Assembly (NCBI GenBank): GCA_031372675.1
Contig: JANMLS010000039.1
Span: 7,587-71,586 of the forward strand
DNA length: 64,000 nucleotides
Reading direction: 5' to 3'
From: Verrucomicrobiaceae bacterium
GTDB taxonomy: Bacteria > Verrucomicrobiota > Verrucomicrobiia > Chthoniobacterales > Chthoniobacteraceae
Under the pieces are notes generated by a model. The model did not search any database. It was not told the origin of the DNA and was given only the letters and a program-made list of their open reading frames with translations. The stretch's first letter is position 1. The number at the start of each line of letters is the position of its first letter. Below are positions 17,853-27,900 of this stretch, in pieces. The position numbers and the translations under genes are program-made.

Positions 17853-20057
17853 ATGACCGAAGGCTGGCAAATTAACACTGCACCTTGGGTGCTCATCACC
17901 GCTGGCGCGTTCCTCGTGGCGAGCATCTGGTTTTTCTTCCGCTCGCTGAAACGCGAAGGCTCGGATGGCTGGCATGTCGCACTGCATTTACTGCGGCTCG
18001 TCATCGCGATTGCGGTGGCGGTCACGCTGCTGAAACCGGAGCGCGTGGTCTTTTCAAAACGCACGGAGCAACCCCGCGTGGTCGTGCTTTGGGATGGTTC
18101 GGGGAGCATGAAGACGAAGGATACGCTCGTCGGCGAGAAGGATGCCGCGAGCCGCGAGTCGTGGGTGAAGCAGCAGATTGATGCGAAGTTTTGGGAGCCG
18201 CTGGCGAAGCGTTATAACGTGACGGTGGAGCCGTTTTCCGTCCCGCCCGAAGACCCGAAATCGCTCGATGCAGAAACGCAAATCGGCAGCGACCTGAACA
18301 CGCCGCTCGACCGTGCACTCAAGCAATATAGCGACATCCGCGCCGTCGTGATGATCTCGGATGGCGACCGCAATCTCGGCGAAAACCCGATCACCGCAGC
18401 GACCGCGCTGGCGCGAAAGGATGTGCCGATTTACACCGTCGGCGTGGGCAGCGAGACGTTTCTGCCGGACATCGAAGTGCTCAATGTTCTCGCGCCCAGC
18501 TACGCGCTGATCAACGAGCGCGTGAGCGTCGTCGTGAATCTCCAGAACCGGCTTCCACGCGAGGTGAAGACGACGATCACGATTGCCGGGCCGGGCGGCT
18601 CCACCGGCTCGAAAAAGGTGACGCTTCCCGCGATGGCACAAGCGCAGGAGATGATCGTTTTCACCCCGCAGAGCGAAGGCGCGGGGGATTTCAAACTGAG
18701 CATTCCCGTCGAGCGCGAGGAGGTTTTTGCGAACAATAACGAGAAGACGTTCCCGCTCGCCGTGCGCAAGGAAACGCTGAAGGTGCTCGTGGTGGATTCG
18801 CAGCCGCGCTGGGAATTTCGCTATCTCCGCAATGCGCTCCAGCGCGATCCGAGTGTGGTAGTGAACACGGTGCTGTATCACCCGCAAATCGGCATGGGTG
18901 AAGGGCCGGGCTACTTGCCGGAGTTCCCGACAAAGAAGGAAGACTTGCAGGGCTACGACGTTATTTTCCTCGGCGATGTCGGCGTGGGGCAGGGGATGCT
19001 CTCGCCGGAGCAGGCGCAGTTGCTTGCGGGACTCGTGAAGCAGCAGGCGAGCGGCCTTGTTTTCCTGCCCGGTCCACTTGGCCGGCAGAAGTCGCTCGCT
19101 GGAACCGCGCTCGAAGAACTCATCCCGGTGGAAACGGATTACACAAAAGGAATCGGCGTCGTGAGCGGTGCTGAGGCGCGGCTGGAGCTTTCTACGCGCG
19201 GGCTGAATCACTGGCTCACCATGCTGGCGACCGACCCGAACGCAAACCAAGCTGTCTGGCGCGGTTTGCCGGGCTTTTACTGGTATGCGCCCGTCGTGAA
19301 AGCGAAGGGTGGCGCGGAAGTGCTCGCCACCCACGAAGCCGCACGGACAAAGGACGGACGCATCCCGCTGCTCGTCACGCGCGCTGCTGGCAACGGCAAG
19401 GTTCTTTACATGGGCACCGATTCCGCGTGGCGCTGGCGCAAGGGCGTGGAGGACACGTACCACTATCGTTTTTGGGGGCAGGTCGTGCGGTGGATGTCGC
19501 ATCAGCGCCATCTCGCGCAGGAGGAAGGCATCCGCTTTTTCTACACGCCGGAGCAGCCGCGTCGCGGCGACAAAGTGCGGCTGAATGCAACCGTCATGGA
19601 CAAGCTCGGCGCGCCGGTGACTTCGGGCAAAATCATCGTGGTCGCAAAAAGCCCCGAAGGCACTTCCGAGACTATCGAACTCGTGAACGAAGACGCCGAG
19701 TGGGGCGTTTTCACAGGCCAGTTCATCCCGCGCGAGGGCGGAAAATACGAACTCGAAATCGCCAGCGAAACCGCCGACCGCCGGATGAAAACATCCATCA
19801 CCGTGAGCGTGCCCACTTTGGAAAAAGAAGGACTTCCCGCGCGTCTGGATGTGCTCCGCGAAATGAGCGCACTCACGCAGGGGAAATTCCACGCGCCCGC
19901 CGAACTCGCGCAGCTCGTGAACAGCCTTTCCCTTTTGCCCGAGCGCAAGCCGGAGGAAATCCGGCTGCTGCTTTGGTGTCACCCATTCTGGTGCGCCGGG
20001 CTGCTCCTGGCGTTCGTGATTTACTGGGTCGGTCGGAAATTGGGCGGGCTGATTTAG
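17853..20057 (+). CDS. vWA-domain membrane protein with GATase1-like middle domain (Bat-locus type)
   Basis: Two N-terminal TMs. VVVLWDGSGSMKT and MISDGDRNLG (vWA). VLVVDSQPRWEFRYLRNAL...YDVIFLGDV (DJ-1/GATase1-like). C-terminal TM WCAGLLLAFVIYWV. Confidence 0.7.
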   Translation: MTEGWQINTAPWVLITAGAFLVASIWFFFRSLKREGSDGWHVALHLLRLVIAIAVAVTLLKPERVVFSKRTEQPRVVVLWDGSGSMKTKDTLVGEKDAASRESWVKQQIDAKFWEPLAKRYNVTVEPFSVPPEDPKSLDAETQIGSDLNTPLDRALKQYSDIRAVVMISDGDRNLGENPITAATALARKDVPIYTVGVGSETFLPDIEVLNVLAPSYALINERVSVVVNLQNRLPREVKTTITIAGPGGSTGSKKVTLPAMAQAQEMIVFTPQSEGAGDFKLSIPVEREEVFANNNEKTFPLAVRKETLKVLVVDSQPRWEFRYLRNALQRDPSVVVNTVLYHPQIGMGEGPGYLPEFPTKKEDLQGYDVIFLGDVGVGQGMLSPEQAQLLAGLVKQQASGLVFLPGPLGRQKSLAGTALEELIPVETDYTKGIGVVSGAEARLELSTRGLNHWLTMLATDPNANQAVWRGLPGFYWYAPVVKAKGGAEVLATHEAARTKDGRIPLLVTRAAGNGKVLYMGTDSAWRWRKGVEDTYHYRFWGQVVRWMSHQRHLAQEEGIRFFYTPEQPRRGDKVRLNATVMDKLGAPVTSGKIIVVAKSPEGTSETIELVNEDAEWGVFTGQFIPREGGKYELEIASETADRRMKTSITVSVPTLEKEGLPARLDVLREMSALTQGKFHAPAELAQLVNSLSLLPERKPEEIRLLLWCHPFWCAGLLLAFVIYWVGRKLGGLI

Positions 20058-20084
20058 AGTAGGCCAGTCACGCCGTGACTGGCT
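20058..20084. repeat. REP-like palindrome copy (AGTAGG-CCAGTCACGCCGTGACTGG-CT)
   Basis: Perfect 19-nt palindrome immediately after the stop of the 734-aa gene. Confidence 0.8.
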
Positions 20085-20192
20085 GCGCGAAAAACCCATC
20101 GCCACTTACGGCACAGCACTCCCGCGTCGCAGGAAATTTGGGCGTGAGCTGGAGTCCAGCCGAAGCTCGTGAAAACAAAATCTCCCGTTTTT

Positions 20193-20220
20193 CTAACAAA
20201 CCCGCAGACTCCCCGTCTGA
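20193..20220 (+). promoter_or_regulatory. candidate ECF-type promoter (-35 CTAACAA, -10 GTCTGA)
   Basis: The AAC-N18-TCTGA spacing matches the sigmaE-type GGAACTT-N16-TCTGA layout. It lies about 85 nt upstream of the ECF sigma start. The -35 match is weak. Confidence 0.25.
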
Positions 20221-20303
20221 ACCCTCGAACCATGTCTGCCAAACCGCACAAATACCGGAGCCGCATTTGGTGAAATGCCGATGATTTTGCCGCCCAGAAA
20301 ACG

Positions 20304-20861
20304 ATGGCCGTGAAGACACCGGATGAACCAAGTGCATCGTCTCCGCAATGGGGGACGGTTGAAGAGGTATTTGCTGCCCTTGAGTCGCCGCTGCTTGCGT
20401 ATGCGCGTCGGCTGCTGGGGGACTTCAGTGCGGCGGAGGACGTGGTTCAGGAGGCGTTCATGAAACTACACACTCAATTCAACGAAGTCCGGCTCCCGCA
20501 GCCGTGGCTCTACCGCACGGTGCATAATCTGGTGGTCGATCACCAGCGGCGCTCGAACCGCATCGTGCTCGCGGGCGACAGGCAAAAAGGCGAGGAAGCA
20601 CCGCAGGAGGAAGCGATGGATTCGCAGCCGATGCCGGATGAGGAAATCGCACGCTGGGAGAGCATCGGGTTGGTGCGGCTGGTGCTGGAGACGCTGGACG
20701 AGCGCAGCAAGGAAATCGTGCGGATGCGGTTCGATGAGGATTTATCATACGGAGAAATCGCCGGGCGCCTCGCGCTAAAAGTCGGGCACGTTGGCTACCT
20801 GCTCCACCACGCGCTCAAGGCGATGGCTGTGGAGCTGGAGAAAACGGAGGTGGCGCGATGA
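20304..20861 (+). CDS. ECF-subfamily sigma-70 factor
   Basis: Region 2 DVVQEAFMKLHTQF...PWLYRTVHNLVVDHQRR. Region 4 HTH LSYGEIAGRLALKVGHVGYLLHHALKAM. Confidence 0.85.
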   Translation: MAVKTPDEPSASSPQWGTVEEVFAALESPLLAYARRLLGDFSAAEDVVQEAFMKLHTQFNEVRLPQPWLYRTVHNLVVDHQRRSNRIVLAGDRQKGEEAPQEEAMDSQPMPDEEIARWESIGLVRLVLETLDERSKEIVRMRFDEDLSYGEIAGRLALKVGHVGYLLHHALKAMAVELEKTEVAR

Positions 20862-20872
20862 ACACAGATCGC

Positions 20873-21004
20873 AAAGTAGCCCGCGCTACGAAGTCGCCTG
20901 AAAGTCAATCCCTTCGCGGAATTGCGCAACTCGCAGCGCGACATTTTTTGATTTGTGAGGCTTCGCCTTTGGGGATTACCGCGAAGGGACTCGCGGGCTA
21001 CTTT
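20873..21004. repeat. MITE-like nested palindromic element (termini AAAGTAGCCCGCG / CGCGGGCTACTTT)
   Basis: 132-bp element occupying most of the 178-bp gap between the ECF sigma stop and the anti-sigma start. Its termini match the 6709-6823 element. Confidence 0.75.
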
Positions 21005-21039
21005 GCGCGTTTCACGGCGGATGCCCAAGGAGATCGCCA

Positions 21040-24000
21040 ATGAACCCGGACGCACCACTAACCCCACACGAGGAGCTGGAAATCCGCATCACCGCCCTGC
21101 TCATGGGCCAGCTTCCGCCGGACGAAGCCGCCGCGCTGGAGGCGCAAATCGCCGCCGACCCGGAACTCGCAAAACTCCGCGCTCACCTGAGCCGTGCTGT
21201 GGAGCTTTTGCGCGAGGCGCGACGGTTGCCGGAGTCTGCCGCCGGACCGCTGCAACTATCAAAAGAGCGGCGCGATGCGCTGCTGGCAAAGTTCCGTGGA
21301 ATCAAGGCGGTGCCCTCGCCGCAGCCGGTTCGTGAGCAGCAGCAGAAAAAGAATGCGTATTGGAAATGGGTCGTTCGGGCGGGAATTGCGGCGTCGATTA
21401 CGGTGGGGGCATCGTGGCTTTTATTTCCTCCGATATTGGCAAAGCGCTCGCAGGCGACGGCGGTTCAAGGCGAGCTTCGGATGATTGATGAAGATTTGTC
21501 GCGACTTGCAGGCGAGCCAGCCGCCGCCGCTGGTTCTTCCGGCAAGGACGCGCTGGCTGGCGGATGGGCTTCTCAGCCCGGAGCGGTGAGGTCTTCCGAT
21601 TTGCAGATCATTCGAGAATATAACCCCTCCAACGCAATCGAATTGCCCGTTGTGCCGGGCGAATCTGGAATTGCTGCTGCCGCACCTGCTCGACAGGGCA
21701 GTAATGTGTATCTCCCGCAAGTTACCGCCGAGAGAGGAGAGTATCAGAGGTTTCCTAACAACGCTCCGGTTGGCGGCGATACTTCAATTGTAAGCAACAC
21801 CAACTTGTTCGCCCAGCGCGACGAGCCTGCTGCGCCTTCCAAACCCATTCCGAATGGTCTGGTAAAGGCGGGCAATGGCACTTTGTCGTTCAATGGCACA
21901 CTTCGCTCCGACAGCACCGCAGAAGTTTTTGTACGACCCGCCCAGCCAACTTCATTTGAGATGGCAAAAGCCAATACGATAACTTCCGTGCTTCCTAACG
22001 AATCAGGGATCAAAGCTCCTGAACAAAAAAACCTCGCCGATTTAGCCGAGGCTGCGCCGACTCCCAAGCCAGCGGAGCCTTACGCGAAATCGGAACCATT
22101 CAATACGGCTGGTAAAGCGCTGCTCGGCTCAGGCCAGAATGTGCCATCGAAATCGGAACCGCCGATGCTGGCCGAGGCTTATAGTCGGCTTACTGACTCG
22201 AACAGCCTGAAATCAGCGCCCAAGCCCGTGGTGAGCTTCGGCGGAGCGGCACAACCAGCGCGGCCTCCACAGGCCACACTGGCTCTCGAAGAACTGAGCA
22301 GCACGCGCGAAAACGCGAAAGCAAAACAAGAGGGCGAAGTTCGGGATCGAGTCGGCGGCGATTACGCAAAAAACAAAGTCGCTCAAGATGCGGATGAAAA
22401 GCCTGCAGCCGGGACCGAAATCGCGGATGCGCCGCCAGCCGACCCAGCGTTTTTCTTCAGGAGTGAAAATGGCAGAGATGGAAAGAAGGCGGTCATTGTG
22501 AGTGGTCAGGGTGTGACAGTACTCAGCGGAGCCAATACCTACACAGGCTCGACTACTTCAAATGGCGGGGTGCTTTCGATTCCGGCTTTACCAACGGCTC
22601 GCCCGGTGGATGCAGCTACATTGAATCTTGGTCCTGTTGCGCAGACCGGACCTTCCGGTGGAACCATGAATTTTGACGATGCCCGACGCAAAGGCTTGGT
22701 CAGCGAAGAAGCACAAGTGCCTGTCGAGCGTGAGCTGGAGGGACGGAAATCAAACGCTCCGAACGAAGAGCAAAGCAACGAACTCGGCATAAACGATCTT
22801 GCCGGCGTGAGTGCAGAAAAATCACTGAATCAGGGCGGCTATAATAAAGCGGCGGAGTCGCGGTGGCGGGAAGTGTCCGGGCCACAAAGTGAATTTAAGG
22901 AAGTGGATAACGACTCAGCGCGTGTTTTCGCGATTCGGGGAGCCTCCAAGGAATCGCAGCAGCCTTACCGGAGTTTTGGTAAAAAGTCGGATCAGGCCGA
23001 TGTGGTGGATAGGAAAGATGGAACTGAGGCGGCTGCAAGTTTGGGCACCAACACCGCCTCGGAAAATTGGTTTTGGGACGGGCAGGCGACAAAAGGGAGA
23101 GAGGAAGTTTTGGCGGGAGGCGGTTTACAGATTGCGCAGAGCAAGGGCGCTTCATCAGCGGCTGCCGCGCCTGAGGATGCCGAGTTTGAGGGCTTCATCA
23201 ATTATGGTTCTCCAGTCCAAATAAAGGGGAACGCCGCGACTGGAATCGTTGGGGGGAGCCTTATGAAGCGGTCTTTTTCCCAGAATCCAGAATCGCTCAA
23301 AGGAACGAAGGGCGCTGAGGGCGACAAAGACTCGCTGCAGCGGCTCGAAGAACTGAATTTTTCCATCGAGGCAAATGGCAAACCTGCCGAGCCAAAGGGC
23401 GAGCGCGTGGATGGATTGGCGGCGATGAAGCTGCCTGTTCTCGGAAAGCTCTCACGAGTCGGGGCCGACATAGTCTCGGAAGCGAAACCCTCGTCCGTTC
23501 CCTTGCCAGTGGTCCCGGAAATGAAGAAGCAACTCGCCGAAGCAGAGCCGCCCGCACCGCCGCAGAAGAGCGAGCCGCCCGTCCCGCAGCCGGAAGTTTC
23601 CACGAAGGACAATGCCTTTTCCACCTTCTCGCTGAACGTCAGCGATGTGTCCTTCAAGCTCGCGGGCGCGAGTCTCGAAAAAGGCGCGATGCCCGAGGTG
23701 GCTTCGGTGCGCACGGAGGAGTTTATCAATGCGCTCGACTACCGTGACCCGCAGCCGGGCGCGGGTGCGCCGCTGGCGTTTGCGGCGGAACGTGCGCGGT
23801 ATCCGTTTGCGCACAATCGCGACTTGCTGCGCCTCTCCGTGAAGACCGCTGCCGCAGGCCGTGAGCCGGGGCGTCCGCTCAATCTCGTGCTGCTGCTCGA
23901 CAACTCCGGCTCGATGGAGCGCGCGGATCGCGTGCGCATTTTGAAGGAGTCGCTGAGTGTGCTCACCAAGCAACTCAAACCGCAGGATAAACTGAGCATC

Positions 24001-24918
24001 ATCACTTTTTCCCGCACACCGCGACTGTGGGCGGATGGTGTCTCCGGGGAGAAGGCGGGAGAGTTTGCGGAGCGCGTCGCAGGCATCACGCCGGAGGGCG
24101 GCACGGACCTCTCCGCCGCGATGGACCTCGGCTACAAGACCGCGCTGAAGCACTACGCTGTCGGCAGCGTGAACCGCGTCGTGCTGCTCACTGATGGCGC
24201 GGCAAATCTCGGCGACGTGCAGCCTGCTGCGCTCAAAGCAAAAGTGGAGACGCACCGCAAACAGGGCGTCGCATTCGATTGTTTCGGCGTCGGCTGGGAG
24301 GGCTACAACGACGATCTCCTCGAACAACTTTCGCGCAATGGCGATGGTCGCTACGGCTTCATCAATTCGCCGGAAGCTGCATCCACGGAGTTTGCCGCGC
24401 AGCTTGCAGGCGCACTCCGCGTGGCAGCGTCGGATGTGAAAGTGCAGGTGGAGTTTAATCCGCGCCGCGTCACTTCCTACCGCCAGCTCGGCTACGCAAA
24501 GCATCAGCTCAAAAAAGAACAGTTCCGCGACAACACCGTGGACGCCGCAGAAATCGGAGCCGCAGAATCCGGTAATGCGCTCTATGCAATCGAGGTAAAT
24601 CCCGGCGGCATCGGCGACATCGCGACGGTGCGTGTGCGGTTCAAAGTGCCCGGCACTTCGGACTACCGCGAGCACGAGTGGGCCGTTCCCTTCAACGCGC
24701 CCGCGCCCGCCATTGAGCAAAGCAGCACGAGCCTGCGTCTCGCCGCGACCGCCGGAGCATTTGCGGAGATGCTGGCGCAAAGCCAGTTCGCCGCCGAAGT
24801 GAGCACGGACAAACTGCTCGCGATGATCAACGGAATCCCCGCCATCTACGGCGCAGACCCACGCCCCGCGAAACTCGAATGGATGATCCGGCAGGCAAAA
24901 AACATTTTGGGAAAATGA
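21040..24918 (+). CDS. membrane anti-sigma factor fused to a long low-complexity region and a C-terminal YfbK-like vWA module
   Basis: Anti-sigma-like N-terminus (ITALLMGQLPPDEAAALEAQIAADPEL). One TM (WKWVVRAGIAASITVGASWLLFPPIL). About 700 aa rich in A/P/S/E/K, with one autotransporter-associated beta-strand repeat (GANTYTGSTTSNGGVLS). Then FSTFSLNVSDVSF...VRTEEFINALDY and LVLLLDNSGSM...GGTDL (vWA N-terminal, vWA and DUF3520-type tail). Confidence 0.7.
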   Translation: MNPDAPLTPHEELEIRITALLMGQLPPDEAAALEAQIAADPELAKLRAHLSRAVELLREARRLPESAAGPLQLSKERRDALLAKFRGIKAVPSPQPVREQQQKKNAYWKWVVRAGIAASITVGASWLLFPPILAKRSQATAVQGELRMIDEDLSRLAGEPAAAAGSSGKDALAGGWASQPGAVRSSDLQIIREYNPSNAIELPVVPGESGIAAAAPARQGSNVYLPQVTAERGEYQRFPNNAPVGGDTSIVSNTNLFAQRDEPAAPSKPIPNGLVKAGNGTLSFNGTLRSDSTAEVFVRPAQPTSFEMAKANTITSVLPNESGIKAPEQKNLADLAEAAPTPKPAEPYAKSEPFNTAGKALLGSGQNVPSKSEPPMLAEAYSRLTDSNSLKSAPKPVVSFGGAAQPARPPQATLALEELSSTRENAKAKQEGEVRDRVGGDYAKNKVAQDADEKPAAGTEIADAPPADPAFFFRSENGRDGKKAVIVSGQGVTVLSGANTYTGSTTSNGGVLSIPALPTARPVDAATLNLGPVAQTGPSGGTMNFDDARRKGLVSEEAQVPVERELEGRKSNAPNEEQSNELGINDLAGVSAEKSLNQGGYNKAAESRWREVSGPQSEFKEVDNDSARVFAIRGASKESQQPYRSFGKKSDQADVVDRKDGTEAAASLGTNTASENWFWDGQATKGREEVLAGGGLQIAQSKGASSAAAAPEDAEFEGFINYGSPVQIKGNAATGIVGGSLMKRSFSQNPESLKGTKGAEGDKDSLQRLEELNFSIEANGKPAEPKGERVDGLAAMKLPVLGKLSRVGADIVSEAKPSSVPLPVVPEMKKQLAEAEPPAPPQKSEPPVPQPEVSTKDNAFSTFSLNVSDVSFKLAGASLEKGAMPEVASVRTEEFINALDYRDPQPGAGAPLAFAAERARYPFAHNRDLLRLSVKTAAAGREPGRPLNLVLLLDNSGSMERADRVRILKESLSVLTKQLKPQDKLSIITFSRTPRLWADGVSGEKAGEFAERVAGITPEGGTDLSAAMDLGYKTALKHYAVGSVNRVVLLTDGAANLGDVQPAALKAKVETHRKQGVAFDCFGVGWEGYNDDLLEQLSRNGDGRYGFINSPEAASTEFAAQLAGALRVAASDVKVQVEFNPRRVTSYRQLGYAKHQLKKEQFRDNTVDAAEIGAAESGNALYAIEVNPGGIGDIATVRVRFKVPGTSDYREHEWAVPFNAPAPAIEQSSTSLRLAATAGAFAEMLAQSQFAAEVSTDKLLAMINGIPAIYGADPRPAKLEWMIRQAKNILGK

Positions 24919-27900
24919 AAAGTCCCCGCAACACAATCACACTTATGAAACTCCACACACTCACCGCACTCATCCTCGCGCCATGTCTGGGCTTTGCGCA
25001 GACCGCTGAAGTCAAAGACCTGTCCATCAATGGCGGCGTCGCCGACGGAAAGGCGAAGCTCACCATCGAAGGCACATTCGGCGCACCCACTAGCGAGCAG
25101 AAAGTGATTTTCTCAACCGGCATCCGGCACTGGATCAAAGTCTCGCGCGAAAAAGTGAGCACGCGCATCGAAGCGGCGCTCGACGTTTTGCAGGGCGAGC
25201 CGAAGGAGTTTGCGCTCACCATCGCGGGCGAGGGAGACATCAAGGAAGTCACCGGCGAGGCTTTGCAGGATTGGAGTATCCGACAGGAACCGGGCGGACC
25301 GAAGACGCTCATCCTGCGCCCGAAGAAAGGCGAAAAGCCGCTCACGCAACTCGCCGTCTCCATCGTCGTCGAGCGCGATATGAAGACGTGGAAAACTCCG
25401 CTCGCCGCTTTCACGGTTACGCCTGCGAACGCCGGACTTTTCAGCGGTTTCGTGCGCATCGAGAGCACTCCCGATTTTGATGTGAAAGCGGAAGGCGCAA
25501 GCGGCCTGTTGCCGATGGAAGCAAAGTTTCTCCCGGAGCCGATGCGCGGCGAACAGCCAGCCGATGAGCCGGAGCCGCTGGCGTTTCAATTCCACGGCGC
25601 AGCTTACGCGCTGCCGCTGACGATCAGCGTCGCCGACCCCGAATCGCGCCGCGTGGTGATCCGCAATTTCAAACTCACCGGCCAACTCACGGAGCAGACC
25701 GCGACTTTTGTTCTCACCGCCACTGCGAGGGTCGCAAATCCAAACGGCGGCTCCATCGCGCTGCTCTCCGGCGGAGTTGCGCTGACGGAATTACCGAAGC
25801 ATCCCGATTGGCGAGTCGGCGCGAGCACGGGAAAATACGTCCTCCATTTCGACAAGCCGGGCGAGTATCCGCTGACGTTCAAATTCAGCGCAGCCGTGCG
25901 GCAATCGGGTCCGTGGAGCGCGGTGGATTTCCGCATCGCGACGAGTGCGCTTCAGCCAGTCGTGCTTCAAGGGCTTGCGGCGGATACGCAATTTGACTTC
26001 GCGGGCGCAGCGAAACCCGAACGTGCAGGCGAGAATTTCACGAGCTTTTTGCCGCCGGATGGCGCGGTGAAACTGGCGTGGAAAAACAAGCTCGCAGAAT
26101 CCGAAGGGCGTCTTTTTTACGCGGCGGAAATGCTGTCGCAAATCAGCGTCAGCCCCGGCTTGATGCGCCAGACTGCGATCATTGACAGCAAGGTGATGCA
26201 GGGCGAACTCAGCAGCGTGGCGCTGACTTTGCGCGGGACTGGAGAAGTTACGCGCGTACTTGGCGACGGCGTGCTGGCGTGGGATGTGAAGCCCGGCGCG
26301 GCACCGGGCGAAAGGCGACTGAACGTGCAATTTAACCAGCCGCAAAAGGGCGTGTTCACGCTCCAAGTGCAGGCGCAGACGCCCGTCGGCGTATTCCCGC
26401 AGACGATGGATGTGCTGGAAATGCGGCCCGAAAATGCGACGCGATTCGCGGGCTATTTCCGCATCGTGAATGAAGGCGCAGTCCGCCTCGAAGTGGTAAA
26501 TTCAAAAGGGCTGTCGCAGGTTTCTCCCGAACAGTTTCCCGAAACGGAGACGACGAAATCCACATTCCGCGTGGGTGCGAACGCCCAGCGTTTTGCCTAC
26601 CGTTTTTCCGGCGCGGATTTCGCGCTGCGCGTTGCTGCGGATCAGATTTTGCCGGAGCTGACGGTCTCGGAGATTCTCGCCTACCACCTCGGCGAGACGG
26701 AACTCAGCGTGGATGCGGAGTTCGAGGTGGATATTCGCGAAGCGCCGCTGCGCGAGTTGCTGCTTCGCATTCCAAAAGGCTACGCGGTCGCGAAGCTCAC
26801 TGCGGCGGGTATGGTCGATTACTTCCAGCGCGAAGTGGACGCGAAAGATGCGGAGCTACGCATCGTTTTTGGGCAGCCCGTTTCTGGTCGTCAGGTTGTG
26901 CAACTTCGCATCGAGCAAAACAAAGCGCTCGGCGCTGCCGAATGGGTGCTGCCGCGTCTGGAAGTGGTGAAAGCCAAATCGGTGCGCGGACATCTCGCGG
27001 CTTCTGCCGATGCGGGTTTCCGGCTCACGGCAGCAAAGACGCAGGCACTCACGGAAATCGCGACTGCATTTTTTCCGCGCAAGATTCCCGGCCTCCAGAC
27101 GGCATTCCGCCTGAGCGATGATTCATGGCAGGCGACGCTCGCTGTCGAACGATTGCCGCAGGCGATTCAGGTGGATGCGCTGCACCTTTTCTCGATAGGC
27201 GAAGGCGTCGCGTACGGAAGCAGCGTGCTGAACTACGTCATCACCGGCTCGCCGCTCGCATCGTTCAAAGTCGAGTTGTCGGGCGAGTATTCCAACGTGG
27301 AGTTTTCCGGCAAAGACATCCGCAGTTGGGAGAAAGCGGAGGGCGGATTCATCGTGCAGTTGCACACGCCGGTGAGCGGCCCTTACACGCTGCTCGCGAC
27401 GTATGAGCGCGTGTTCAAGGCGCAGGGCGACACGCTCGGTTTTGCAGGCGCACGGCCACTCGACGCGCAATCGGAGCAGGGGCACACGCTCGTGATCAGT
27501 GCGCACCAATTTCAAGTAAAGGAGGCCAGCAAGTCCAAGGGTTTGCTCCCGCTGGAAACCGGCGAGGTGCCTTCCGAATACCGTCTGTTTTTCGATGCGC
27601 CGATTCTCGCTGCGTATCGCTACTCGGCACGGCCATTTGATTTGAAGCTGCAACTCAGTCCGCTGGCGCAGGGCGATTCCATCAGCCAGATCGTGGACCG
27701 TGCCTCGCTCACCACGCAAATCTCCAAGGATGGCGAGGTGAGCACAGATGCGCAGTATTTTGTAAAAAACCGTGGCAACACGCACTTCCGAATCACGCTG
27801 CCAGCGGAGACGCAGCTTTGGTCCGCGACGGTGAATGATGCGAGCGTGGTGCCGGTCACGGACGGCAACGCGAATCTCGTCCCGCTTCCCCAGCAGGCCG

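Noticed and set aside
18054-20105. 683-aa ORF on the minus strand
   Set aside because: It is fully antisense to the well-supported 734-aa vWA membrane protein gene. The translation is Arg/Ala/His-rich with no motifs, the typical shadow ORF of high-GC DNA.
23452-24936. 494-aa minus-strand ORF, and similar long antisense ORFs (28515..30143, 30774..31805, 25113..25685, 29693..30421)
   Set aside because: All lie antisense to the anti-sigma and giant membrane protein genes. Their composition is R/A/G/H-rich, with no recognisable domains and no sensible starts. They are shadow ORFs.
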